Assembly: GCA_000934665.2 (NCBI GenBank)
Contig: KZ538255.1
Span: forward strand, 62,001 to 90,935
Origin: Catajapyx aquilonaris
Taxonomy: Eukaryota
Reading direction: 5' to 3'
Length of the DNA: 28,935 nt
The notes under the pieces are model-generated. The model saw only the letters and a program-made list of their open reading frames with translations. It searched no databases and was not told where the DNA came from. Below, in pieces: positions 11,844-23,334 of this stretch. The translations under genes were made by a program, and so were the position numbers. The stretch's first letter is position 1; the number at the start of each line of letters is the position of its first letter.

Positions 11844-12731
11844 CTAACATTGGGAGCGGTATTCGCAGATGACGCTGAAGAGTAAGTTGCAATTCCGGTT
11901 GTTCCAACGGTACTGGAGGCCTCGAGCCAAGGTGGCCACGCAGTGCTGGATCCCTCCAGGGGCGTTGGGCTCCCCATTGTTCCAGTAGAAGACTTTCATT
12001 GGGGAGAAGGAGGAGAGCCAGTACCAGTTGAACTCGTGGGTCGTGTCGTAACCTCCGATCCAACTCTGCCCTTGATGGTTGGCTGTCAATAAACGAAACA
12101 TGTTTACAGTGTCAGGATATGTAGTACAGAGCAGAAGACGTGAAGCCCAAAATGATGCACCCTGTACTTTTCCGAACATTATCGTGCACTTTCTGTGACA
12201 TCCTGTACTTTTCCCAGCATTATAGTGCAATTTTATTTGGGACACCCAGTCCAACTACAGGGTGACCCAAATGTCTGGACACATAATAAGGTGGCCAGTT
12301 GTGTACTCGTACAAAAATATTGGCGCAGCTAGCTGTGTGTATCACATGACATAAAGATGAAATTATCACTGCGACGTACCGTGCCTGGCAGGGCCACAAG
12401 ACAGTCATTGTGCATTGCTATACGTACTTGTCAGAAGGTACGAGTTGACTGCGGACAGTTCTTGGGTAGTCTCGAAGGCGACTAGGTCACCTCCGAGTGC
12501 CCTGCAGTACTCCGAACCCCGGTACCAGTTCATTCTCTTAACTCCGCTGAAATGGTAGCATCCCGTTGACAGTCCGATGTACTGGCTCTGGCACTGCGGG
12601 GCACCTTCTGTACTGTTGTCTGCTGACGGTACAGTTCAATTCAGTCGTACAGTATGCAACGCGCAGTATTCGAAATAATACGTACCTTCGCTACCTGCAA
12701 CTGCTGTGACCAGAAGCAGAAGTAGAAACAT
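11844..12731 (-). CDS. Secreted single-domain C-type lectin, EPN motif, 159 aa; exons 12731-12686, 12622-12428, 12082-11844
   Basis: Signal peptide MFLLLLLVTAVAG, GCYHFSG...NWYRGSEYC, SWIGG, WNNGEPN...HC...WNNRNC...VICE; phase-1 introns; TATAAAA on the minus strand near 12771-12777. Confidence 0.9.
12158..12352. repeat. Dispersed repeat in lectin intron 2, homologous to 22224-22425
   Basis: Shared caccctgtact...acattatcgtgcactttctgtgaca, gtccaactacagggtg and aaggtggccagttgtgtact segments in the same order. Confidence 0.8.
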
Positions 12732-13033
12732 TTTGTTGTACACACCAGACTACCGACAACTTATCATACCTTTTATACCAAGTTTAATACTGACTTGTAC
12801 TTATCAGTCTGTACACATGACCCAGAATAGCTCAAGTACCTGTCCACATATGCTACACCAACTGTTGGCAGTTGACTGATAAGATTTGTGTGTACAAGAT
12901 GGTCAGTTTTGACAATGAATCCGGTCCAGTCTGCCCGCGACAGGTATTGCGGTACTGTTGAACCTGTCCACTTGAGATGATAGTGAGCCGTGCTATAAAA
13001 GCAACGCCTTGGGCCGGATTTATGGTCAGCAAG

Positions 13034-13560
13034 ATGAAGGCACTAACCACTCTTCTGGTGGCTTCCATCGTCGCAGTGTCTGCTGTAGGATCATACACGT
13101 ACTGCCAGCGCCCATTCATCAACATCGGTTCAGGATGCTACCTGTTCAGCGGAGCAGCCAAGAAGTTCAGCTGGTTCGGTGGTGCAGAGTACTGTGCTGC
13201 ATACCAAGCAAACCTGTTGACCATCGACGACGCAGCTGAAAATGACAACATAAAGCAGTACCTCCGTGCATGTAAGTACACTTTTAAATTGAGGACGTAC
13301 CGGTGTGTTTCATACCCTATTTTACAGCTGGTTGGCAGACCACTAGCTTCATCGGTGGGTATGACCTAGGCCACGAGAGAGAGTGGCGTTGGTTGTCCTC
13401 CTTCGCTCAAATGGCCTTCACCGACTGGGCACCCAAACAGCCGGACAACCAGGGAGGTAACCAGCACTGTCTCTCCCTCAGTGGACAGTACGACTTCAAG
13501 TGGGAAGACTCCAGGTGCTTCGACACAAAGAGCGTCATCTGCAAGGCTATCCAATGTTAG
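13034..13560 (+). CDS. Secreted single-domain C-type lectin, QPD motif, 156 aa; exons 13034-13271, 13328-13560
   Basis: Signal peptide MKALTTLLVASIVAVSA, GCYLFSG...SWFGGAEYC, SFIGG, WAPKQPDN...HC...WEDSRC...VICK; TATAAAA near 12994; AATAAA at 13563. Confidence 0.92.
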
Positions 13561-13628
13561 GGAATAAAACCAGTTCTTTCCGTAACCATTGTTTATTTTT
13601 TCATCCCCCATACCATACTGGAGACAAT

Positions 13629-14901
13629 TTAGTAAGCATCGCAGTATGCAGCCTGAGTGTTGACTCCGCACCTGTTCTTGTTCCTCGCCATCTTAAGGTA
13701 ACCCTTGTCACCCCACCAGACACCCCAGCTGTTCTTTAGCAGCCAGAAGTCCTTCCCTTCTTCGTTCCCATAGCCAACGACAGTCACAGCATGGGTCGTG
13801 CTGTTAGGACAAGACACGTCATCGTACACGCCTGACTTGTAGTGCTGGAAGGACTGCATGTGTGCGTTCAGGGCGACTGCGATCGGACCATTGCTTCCAA
13901 CCTGAAGCCTCATTTGCTCTTCGTCTCTTTCGATCACCCCAGGGTTTGATATTTGGGCTCCTACATACTTACGTTGGTACACGCAATATTGTTGCTGCAA
14001 TAAGACGATCAGAGAATGTGTCGTAATGTCAGTTATTGTGTTGTACCTTTCCGATATAAGGATAGGTGTCCCAGGTCATCAAGCTGTACTCCAGAAGGTA
14101 CTTGCTCATTACTCGGTATGGCCATCCTCCGTTGCATCCACCTTCCTTCATATCGCAGTCCACTATTTGCTGAGCGCTAACAAAGAGCAACATATCAGAT
14201 CACACAATACCTGCCGTACCGGTACACTATGGCAAACCTTAGATCCTGCGGAGCTCGGTTCCTGCTGATGGCCTGTCGACTCTCAATTGTTGCTGCTGTC
14301 GCAAAGGCATAGCAGGACCCGCATTGTTCCTGGTTCTTCACTCTGGTCACAACACCTTTGGTCCTCCAGTCAATCTGAATTCACCAATTAATTATTTGCT
14401 AATAAATTATAATTACACAGTTGCTCGTAGCGGATACTTACACTGTCTGAAGCAGGAGTTGTGTACTTCAATTCCGTTGCTTTCAGTTTCATAACGTCAT
14501 GGTTGAAGCATGTGGTTGTCTCACGGAATTCTTGGTTGGTCTGTAGGTGAAAATAATTAGTGACGAATGACATGAGCAACACACCGGACTTACCAGGTCA
14601 GTGAATGGTCCAAGACCCAGTGTGAAGGAGTGTAGTCCACGAGCCGCTTCCAGGTTGTGTTTGGAGATGTAAGCCAGGTTGTCCTCCCAAATCAGACGAC
14701 GCTTCGCCTCATCCTCCAATGACTGGTACTCCCTCTTGTACACAATCTGAAATGCAACAAGTCGTACAACAAAAGGTACGGTCGGTATGGCAGTATCATT
14801 ACCTTGTAAGCTTCCCAATCAGAGTTGTACACCGAGTGTGCCTTCCGAATTGAGACGCAACTGGCCGAAGCCACCAGCAGGAACAGAATTACGGTGCTCA
14901 T
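13629..14901 (-). CDS. Cathepsin L-like papain-family cysteine protease, 327 aa; exons 14901-14803, 14746-14594, 14540-14442, 14374-14238, 14176-14047, 13994-13629
   Basis: Signal peptide, ERFNIN-like propeptide ([21 protein letters not shown]), [42 protein letters not shown]; catalytic Cys/His/Asn present; frames join. Confidence 0.93.
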
Positions 14902-15144
14902 GGTATGGCACTATGCATTGTTCAATCCGGTTTGGATTTATATACAGCTTAACCCAAATACATATACCGGTATCTCTGTAAGTGTATAGTGTATTTACTA
15001 TTTTGATAAATAGAGTTCATAAAGTGTAATGACAGATAGTGTGACATAATCACCTGCCGACGCCACAAAACCTGCACAATGTGTACACACCATGTAAAAT
15101 AGTGTTTTACTACAGTAGGCTATACAAAAAAAACTAAATATCAA

Positions 15145-17221
15145 CTACATTAAAATGTTGGGCAACTTGGTCACTGTGCCCTGCGGACAACGGTGTTCCT
15201 GTTCCCCTGCCACTCTTCCTCCGCAGCTTCCGCACAGTTCCGCTTCCTCATCAGCCAGGCCGCAGTGGCTGTTGAGCTGCTCGAAGAAGTTGCGGATGAC
15301 CTGCTCCTTCTCCTGCCAGGTCATCCCCACCCACACGTCGTCTCGTGTCTGGACGGGCGTCTTCTTGGCCACTCCAAGCCGTACACCCCACTTCTTCTTC
15401 GGCATCTCGACCAACTGTGACCCAGAGGTGGTTAGTTGACACGCTGGGAGCACCTTTGGCGCAGGGCTCTTCCTTCGTCTGGGAGATTTCTTGTGTTTGG
15501 CTAGATCAGCACTTGTCCTGCAATTAAACGCATGGTCATTCAATAGTATTAGACACCGGATGAACTCTGACCTCTCCCGCTTGGCTTGCTCCCTGGCGTA
15601 GACGAGAGCGTTGAGCAGGAAGGCCCTTGCGGTGCTGTCCGAAGCCTCGGAGTCGGCCTCCTTCACGTATGCTCCTTGTACAGGTATGGTGTTGGTGCTT
15701 GAGTCTTTCTTGGGCACCTTCCCCATCCGCACCATGATCCTGCTCTGGACCCTCTGCACCTTGCCCTGCCACACGGCCCTGTCGTCCAGGAGGCTCTTGT
15801 GCAAGGCCTCTCTCTGGGCCTTCTTAGACTGCAGGTGGTCATTCAGCTCCTTCTCCAGCTTCTTCACCTGCACTCCCAGCTAACAAAGAGCGTCAAATGA
15901 AACCGCTGGACACCCCCAATGCCATCGTTACCTGCATTATCTTCTGTGTCATCTCCGACATCTGACTCAAGTTCTTGGCCAGTTTCTCCTTCTGCTGGTC
16001 CGTCTCCTTCTTGATCTTGTCGTTCTTGTAAGTTAACACTTCCAGTTTCTGAGAGTCCACGCCGTCGTCCTGCATCATGTCTCGAACCATGATTGTCAGC
16101 GTCAGGTTCTGCTCGTAGAAGAAAGACGTGGTCCCCTTCATGTCCCTGCGGTTGAATTCTGTTATTAGGAGAAACAGTAGAAGAGTTCAGTTCAACAGAG
16201 AAGTGGAGGAACTGACTCTAATGCACTGAGGAAGGCCTGTCTGACCACGATGTCTGCTTCCTTCTCTGAGGACTTGACCATCCGTCGCTTCTCGGTCAGA
16301 CACTGATCCTGGACCAACTGAATCATGTTCTGATGCTCCTCCTTGGCCTCCTCCACCGAATTGGTCAGCTGCAAGCAATAGATATGGAGGTCAACTACGT
16401 TCTACTTACAACCTTAATGTGGAGGAATTATTATCATACCTCTTCGACCATGGCGACGACAGTGTCCTTGTTGGCGATGAAGTGTCTTCCGCATTTGACC
16501 TGGGTACGTAGTGCAGCCATCTCTTCTCTTTGAGCAGTCACAGTTTGGCGAAGTTGCAGCATCTCCTCCAGTATCTTCTTCCTGGTGGAATTTGCATCCG
16601 CCCCTGCGAACAACGAGACCATCAGAACACGCTGGATCCATCCGCATTGTCTCTGATCTTACTGAATGACTCGCAGTGCCTCTGGGCTTCGACCACCATT
16701 TCCCTTAGCTCCGTCTGGTACCTCAGATGCTGCCTGCTGCTTTCAACAGAGTTCCAGTCTCTTTCCATGCAAAGAGTGGCCAGCTGCTGATGCAGTACCT
16801 CGTTATCCGCCTTCACCTCATCCTCGCTTCCCCTGAAAAAGACAGTATAATGTTTGCGGCCAACTGATGCTGCGTTATTACTTGTAGTCCTGGTTTAGCT
16901 GGAGGAGCGTGTTGAGTCGAGCTGACATCATACGTGTCCTCTTCTGCAGATCCAGAATTTCAGCCTGTTGCTCCTCAGTTGGCTTAGCCCTCCTTGTCTT
17001 GGTACTATTTTGAGGAAATTGCATGTACAGCATATGACTACTACACAGTGTAACACGTACATTGGCGCTTCCGAAGACGTGGTGTCGCTGGTGCTGGCTC
17101 CTGTCTTCTTGCTCCTGCCTGCTGACTTTTTTCTGCGGTCACCGCCACTCTTAATGGATCTGTCCTCACTCTCGGCAGTCCCAGTACTTTCGGTCGACGG
17201 CCTCCTGGAGGTGGGCTCCAT
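15145..17221 (-). CDS. Multi-exon coiled-coil protein, BBOF1/CCDC176 (DUF4515)-like; start uncertain
   Basis: About 7 exons joined by short GT-AG introns; heptad-rich; segments EKRRMVKSSEKEADIVVRQAF, TTSFFYEQNLTL, RAFLLNALVYAREQ and MTWQEKEQVIRNFFEQLN resemble remembered BBOF1 motifs such as LTWEQKEKVLRLLFAKMN. Confidence 0.6.
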
Positions 17222-17558
17222 CACTGGACTCTTACCGACAGGCCGAGGAAAGTGCGAAGGATCCCAAGAGAAGTGGGACGCCTTCTATTCTGTAGAACAT
17301 AAAATTGAAAAACACAACATATCCACGGTAACGTTTCATAACAGTCAATGCCAATTGTTGTAACAACTAGTTACTCAGCAATCAGGATCAGTTGTCTAAC
17401 GCAGTACTTGCAATATTAGTGATGAGAATACCAACAAATTTTATTCAGAAGAATACTCTGTACAAAAGTTTTTGGTCTCATGTTCAGGACGCAAGAAGAA
17501 AGAGGAGCCCATTTGTTTTTTTTTGTTTTTAAAAAAAGGTGATGGCCTCCAATAAAAA

Positions 17559-20500
17559 TCACACGCATTTTCTGTCGAAGAAGTGGTCAAATCCTTTCAG
17601 GATCTTCTGCAGTGCTTTTCCGGGACAGCAGGTGTCGGACAGTTGTCTGTGTCCGGCCAACTTGTACTTGGGATGCAGGTAGCCCTTGTCGAGACCGCAA
17701 GCCAAGAGCGACTTCAGAGAATCCAGCTGCTCCTCGGGAGGCGGCTCACCTACGGGAAGGGTCATTTGTTAGCATCAAATAATAATAATAATCATTGTGA
17801 ACGTTCAGAACACTACGACAGACAATTATGTACACATATAGTGCAAGGAGATTTCCGTCCGATTGAAATCTGAAATGAATTTGCACTCCCTGCACCTTCT
17901 GGTTATCGGCCGCAATTTTGCAGAATTCCGTACGGTAGCTAGTCTGCAGATATTAAGCCATATTACGCACAATATGTACACTTTACAAACATTACCTACA
18001 GTAACGGCACATTTAAAAAAATGCATGTGATGCTGTGAATGTGAGTGACATGTAGAAGACACACCGAACAGAGTGACGCCAACTAGACAAACACTAGGCA
18101 CACCAATACAGTAGTGTAATAGGAGAAGAGCAAGGTGACAAGTACTGTGTTTGTGATGTGTGTAAGCTGCGGAGATGACTTTCACATTTATAAGAGAAAA
18201 TACATTGAGGAAACTGAGAGAACGATCTGACGTCATCAAGGTTTCCATTGAAAATAACCTCACAGAACAACAGTGTCAACAAAAAGCAACAATGGAACAA
18301 ACGATGACGTCAGATCGTTCTCTCGTTTTCCGAACATGATGTCAATTTATTTCTAGAGTAATGAGAGAAAGCCGTTTGCATTAACGGCAGATATTCTGAA
18401 ATTCCAATGAACTCAGCTCTTTTGCGATGTTACCAACACAGCATTTCAGTTGAGACGTTAACAAATTTTGTACACAGTGCTAAAGAGTGCTGTAAAAGTG
18501 TGCTTGTGAAAAGTGTCAGTTGTGAAGCATACACAGGTATACACAGACGCAGTTAGAGAGAGGAAAAAAAGCCTGTGAGACAGCAATGATTAGGAGTCAC
18601 ACCGAAAACAAACAACCACAACCAACGAGCAACACTTCTCCTCAGTACGGCAACAATGCGGTTAACACCACACCACAAAGCCTTTTTTTTTTCCTTCCAG
18701 AAGTTATACAGAGCACGACTACGTGACGAAGTATGCTCCCAATTGCTTCTGCTGCAGGGACGGCCAGCCTTTGGATCAAATCGTCCAGCTTATTTCACGT
18801 TGGCCGTCCCTGCACAGATGCGATTCAATTGAAAGCGTACAGTACAAGGGTGAACACACAGTTGCTGTATTTTTCCACTCATGTTACATACTCTTGAAGT
18901 TGCCTGTGAGCGCCACACCAAGAGATTTGACGTTGTAATTGCTGACATGCGATCCTCTGGTATCCCATCCCCTGCCTTCAAAGATGGTTCCATTTCCACC
19001 GATCACAAAGCTGCAAAGTCCCACGCTTTGCAGTATGCAATACTACACAGGTTCCAACCATTACGTGTTGTTTGGTATTGTGAATATGTTATGCACTTAT
19101 CAACAGAGGTTTTTTTTTTAAAAAAAGATGATATATGAAATTGACTTTCAGTGCATTATTACAAGATGGTTGAATATGACTACACAAAGTTATTAAGTCC
19201 CCATGAATAAGATGGCAGAATAGAACCATACTTGTATCCGATGTCGCACCATCTCTTGGTCCTCATGTGGTACCGCTGAATATCCTGTATCTTTTGATGG
19301 CAGGTGTCATTGGAGTAGCAGTTCTTTCCATTCGTGTGATGGATCACCACGAACTCCCACGGCAGCAGTCTGGCAGGCTTGCCGACAGGGTTGGATGCAT
19401 TCCAGTCATCACGAGGAACAACTGGTGGACACTCTGAAGGCGAACAAGAAGTTTAATTGGAGGTAAATGTTGAAATCCGACATCAACGAGGATTTTTTTT
19501 TCTGACTTAAGCCGCGTTTACATACGAGCAATTTATCAGCGATGTTGCTAAAGTAACAATAGTGATAACTACATTTTTGCCCTAAATAATATTGGTCTCA
19601 TTGCCCAGCGATGTGCAACGTCGCTGATAAATCGCCGGAATATAAACGCAGCTTATGTTTGAGACAGACACAATTTTTTACTTTAAAAGTCCGCATTTGG
19701 CAACTTTATAGTTCTCAAGCAGCTGTTAAACGAGGTTAGGAAATAAGAGAGTAATTATCATTCACATGTACACATTTATTTTCAGATAAATATTACAAGA
19801 CTAGAAATGCACCCTGATCATGATTACTCAGAGAGTTGTCTCGGCATAGTTTCGTCGACTGGTTGGATCACCCAAGGTAAGGACTACTCTTGACCTGATA
19901 CGACATTTTAAAAGTCTGTGCTCTGGCAACGGCTGACCAATAGCATCTCGAGGTGATCTGGCGCCACGCTTTGACCTTCAGACTGCAGCACATTTTGGTA
20001 AGCCGGAAAGGAATGTTCTACGTCGCAAGCGACCACTGGTGCAAACACATATCTCGACAGAGCATCTGGCTTCACTTCTTGCAGTGCTTCCGATGCATAG
20101 TCACTCTGACCGTTCAGAACCCGACTGATCCCCTGCAGCGTTTCTAACCCTGGGTTGCTGCTCACTAAACTGGAGAACATTTCCATGACTTTACCACCAG
20201 TTGATTCGGGTGCATTGCTGATGGCCGTTTTGATAGATTCAAGAGTCACCATTGCTTCACTGAGGGTGAGTCCTGCGCCTTTCATTTTAGACTTTGCGGT
20301 TGACAAAACGGAAAAGTGATCCTTGATGTACGCTAAGTTTTCTAGTATGGAGCTGCTTACAAAGGCTTCTTTCACTTTGGTCACACACGCCGTATCACTT
20401 GTTAATGAGTCGACAACCTTCAAAAGAAACAATTCAGAGGTATTAATTATTTCTGCAAAGTTACCGCATTTACATGATATCTACCGCTCTGATTGCCGTA

Positions 20501-22124
20501 AAATTCTTCTCCATGAAAAGTGCAGCATCAATCCATGATTTATCCGGCGCTGGTGGCAGCGGCAAGTCCTCATTGGCCTCCCTATATTTCTGTATCCGAA
20601 CAGGTGACCCTGCAAACGCAAGGTGGGCCGCCTCCAACAGTTGGTCAACTTGTGTGAACTCTTCCTTCACGCACTCAATCAGTCCCTCCAGCATCGTAAA
20701 CAAACATGTGCAGTGGGTGACATTTGGGTAGAAGATCTGAAGGGAAGTCGCAGCTTCAAGCATGTAACTCGCTGAGTCGGTCAGGAGCAGCAGCAGACGA
20801 GATTCGTGCCCACCGTACGGCCAGAGAAGTTCTGTTGGAAGACATGCGTTAGGATAAAGTACGACACTGTTTACGGTATGGAACGTACTCAGCGAGTCGT
20901 TAATGAAGCGAGCGATTGTAATGTGCGTGGTTTTTCTCATCACTCTGACACCGATCAGATGCGGCGTTGATGGTCCGTCAGCTTCCATCTTTCCGACCAC
21001 CATGTTGGCTATACATCTGCATCCAACCTGGTCGACGGTCACGCCAACGGAAGCCCAAATGTACGAATCACCCAGGCTGTCCCGTACCAACTCGATCGCC
21101 TTCGGATGAAAGAAATCATGTGAATGTCCGTATTTCAATGTGAACGTTAGGACCGTACCATTTCGTAGCATCTGGGTACGTAATTTTGCACCAGTGTGAC
21201 CTGATCCGGTATGGTTCTCTGCATGTATTTCTCCAGGAAGCTTCTAAACGTCTGGTTGTCCAGTACGCTCCATGGCGTACCTGAGGCGGACAGAACGTAG
21301 GCCAGCTCCCCTTCAAAGCTGTCTTCCGGATCGCTCTGGCTGCACGTCGGCTTGGTCTCAACCATACACATTTGGTTGCTAAACGTGTTCTGCAAGTTCC
21401 TCTGGTGCATACCGGTCATATTGTGCTGGACCAGCTGGAATTTCCGTTCGCATGGAATCTGCCGGATGAAACCATGTTAATGAACATGTGAAACGACAGC
21501 GTACAGTTGAGGGCGTACCAGTTTGCAGCAAGGGCTGCAGTAGACGGTGACTCCGTCCGTGGTGTAGCTCGGATACTGCGAGACCCACTGGTGCAACAGT
21601 TGGCGAAGGGGTGTCCGCACCTTGGGCATTATCCCGGCAAACCCAAACTCTCTCTCTCTCTACTCCTCTTTATATTCCTATGCCCCTGAAGAGCAATTTT
21701 CTCTTTAAAAAAGATTTCTTCATCCGCAGTCCGCACTGCACATGACAGCGCTCCAGTACTGAGTGCTGCATTACGCTTAATTATTTTTATACCAAAATGT
21801 ACTACATGCTGTACTGAACCTTCTGCCCTACATACCTTGCCTACAACCTACACGTAATTGCACAGTAAATAATTATTGAGGAAAAAAAATATATTCATGC
21901 AGCAAAAGGCGTCCATGTTGCTCCTGAGGGGGTGCCAACAGCACGGTTGGCAATCCTGATTACAAGCGCGAAGTTTCAAAATAATTTAATTGCAAATTCA
22001 CGAATATTTTGCTACGGGCTATAGACCTTCCTATTAAGCAGTCGATAGACTTACCGACAGCAGCCATGATCGGCGCAGGTGCCAGGATCGCCAACAAAAG
22101 GCAGCTCATCCAATAATAAGCCAT
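17559..22124 (-). CDS. Short secreted peptidoglycan recognition protein, amidase type (PGRP-A), 193 aa; exons 22124-22055, 19433-19232, 19010-18892, 17749-17559
   Basis: Signal exon [68 protein letters not shown], TCCPG; intron phases 1,2,1 give one open frame. Mostly missed by the ORF track. Confidence 0.9.
18209..18331. repeat. Inverted repeat containing TGACGTCA in PGRP-A intron 3
   Basis: gagagaacgatctgacgtcatc pairs perfectly with gatgacgtcagatcgttctctc (22 bp), with weaker pairing extending on both sides. Confidence 0.75.
19510..19653. mobile_element. Hairpin MITE related to the 3274-3410 element
   Basis: agccgcgtttacat / atataaacgcagct termini; internal atttatcagcgatgttgc / gcaacgtcgctgataaat arms; TA-containing flanks. 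Confidence 0.65.
19908..21629 (-). CDS. hAT-transposase-derived (CGGBP1/DUF659-like) protein, 492 aa, nested in PGRP-A intron 1; exons 21629-21519, 21458-21159, 21099-20889, 20831-20485, 20417-19908
   Basis: MPKVR...YTTDGVTVYCSPCCKLIPCERKFQLVQHNMTGMH zinc finger, FRSFLEKY...IPD, LLWP, LLLLTDSASYM, FYPNVTHCTC, PLPP, APVVACDVEHSF; four short GT-AG introns with consistent phases and no stop. Confidence 0.85.
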
Positions 22125-22223
22125 GGCTGCAAATCAATATTATCAAGAGGGCTCATGAAACACACATAAATTCACACATGCTACACACTCTACTGTTCCA
22201 ACATTTTTGGTGGCAAAATTGTA

Positions 22224-22457
22224 TGTGACACCCTGTACTCTTCTGACATTATCGTGCACTTTCTGTGACACCCTGTACTTTTTTCCAACATTTCTGTGAC
22301 ACCCTGTACTTTATACCAACATTTTTGTGACACCCTGTCCAACTACAGGGTGTGTGACATAAGGTGGCCAGTTGTGTACTATAACGCACAAAAAGATTGT
22401 CGCACTGTGCGTATCACATATAACTATACATGGATATAGTGTGCGACAATCTTTTTG
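22224..22457. repeat. Composite repeat: tandem gtgacaccctgtac units, back-to-back CACCCTG/TACAGGGTG ends and a 17-bp hairpin
   Basis: Four gtgacaccctgt units; caaaaagattgtcgcac (22389-22405) is the exact reverse complement of 22441-22457; homologous to 12158-12352 and 24522-24585. Confidence 0.8.
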
Positions 22458-22961
22458 CTTGTCATTGCACTTATATGGGCTCAGCTTGTAGTGCCAACAC
22501 CTGTTTTTGTTTACACACGTGACTACGTGTATAACAATGAACTTGCCTGGCTGTGTTGCCAAGTGTCCACCACACTCTAAATTGGACGGTCAGGCCACAG
22601 AGGACCTGCTGGGTTGGATGGACAACTATCACCTGGGACTAGTACAGGTCTATAAGGTAGGGGGTATGGAGGAGGTTGGGGGGGGGGTAAAAGAGGGTTT
22701 TGTGGATCGATAAATACCCCCGACGTGCAATCCCAGTATCCCCACGCCCTTTTCCTGGGACTATAACAGCGACGATTCTAGTCCATAGCTCTAGGAGGGC
22801 ATGTAATAATAGACTTGTGGATGAGTCAGAGAGCCAACAACTTGGCAGTTTATGTATATTTTGTTTGGCAACATTGCAAGAAAGGGTTATATTTATGATA
22901 TACGCCAACCCTGGGGGTTAACCACTCCACTTTTATAGCAAGTAATCGCAGTAATATTATA

Positions 22962-23226
22962 CAGGGTGTAAATCCTAAGCGTGTCACCAGAAAAGGTGGT
23001 GGTAGAGGGCGCAGGTGTGAGCATTTTTGCATAAGGAACTAGGGGTCGGAAACGCACCCTCACCGAGTTACGCCCCTTTCAAGTTTGCGGCAGGCAGTGT
23101 GCACGCGGCGGAGTGACTCGGTGAGGGTGCGTTTCCGACCCCTAGTTCCTTATGCAAAAATGCTCACACCTGCGCCCTCTACCACCATCTTTTCTGGTGA
23201 CACGCACGCTTAGGATTTACATCCTG
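22962..23226. mobile_element. Foldback MITE, Tc1/mariner-type ends, ~110 bp TIRs
   Basis: TA|cagggtgtaaatcctaagcgtg...caccctcaccgagt is mirrored by actcggtgagggtg...cgcttaggatttacatcctg|TA with few mismatches and one 4-nt indel; TA on both sides. Confidence 0.9.
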
Positions 23227-23334
23227 TATTGCTCTTACGGTACTTACACGTTGTGCCCATTGCCGAAGGCTGGGCACGTCTCGTTTCCATGCCGGGACAA
23301 GCGAAGTTACGTTTCCAAGTCGGGAATATAATTG

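Noticed and set aside
16604..16662. Apparent stop and frameshift in the coiled-coil gene
   Set aside because: Resolved by a ~59-nt GTAAGA...TCGCAG intron that restores the frame.
18755..18812. Short CAGGGACGGCCA inverted repeat, or an alternative last exon of PGRP-A
   Set aside because: No target-site duplication is visible, and the putative exon would stop after six codons; not enough support.
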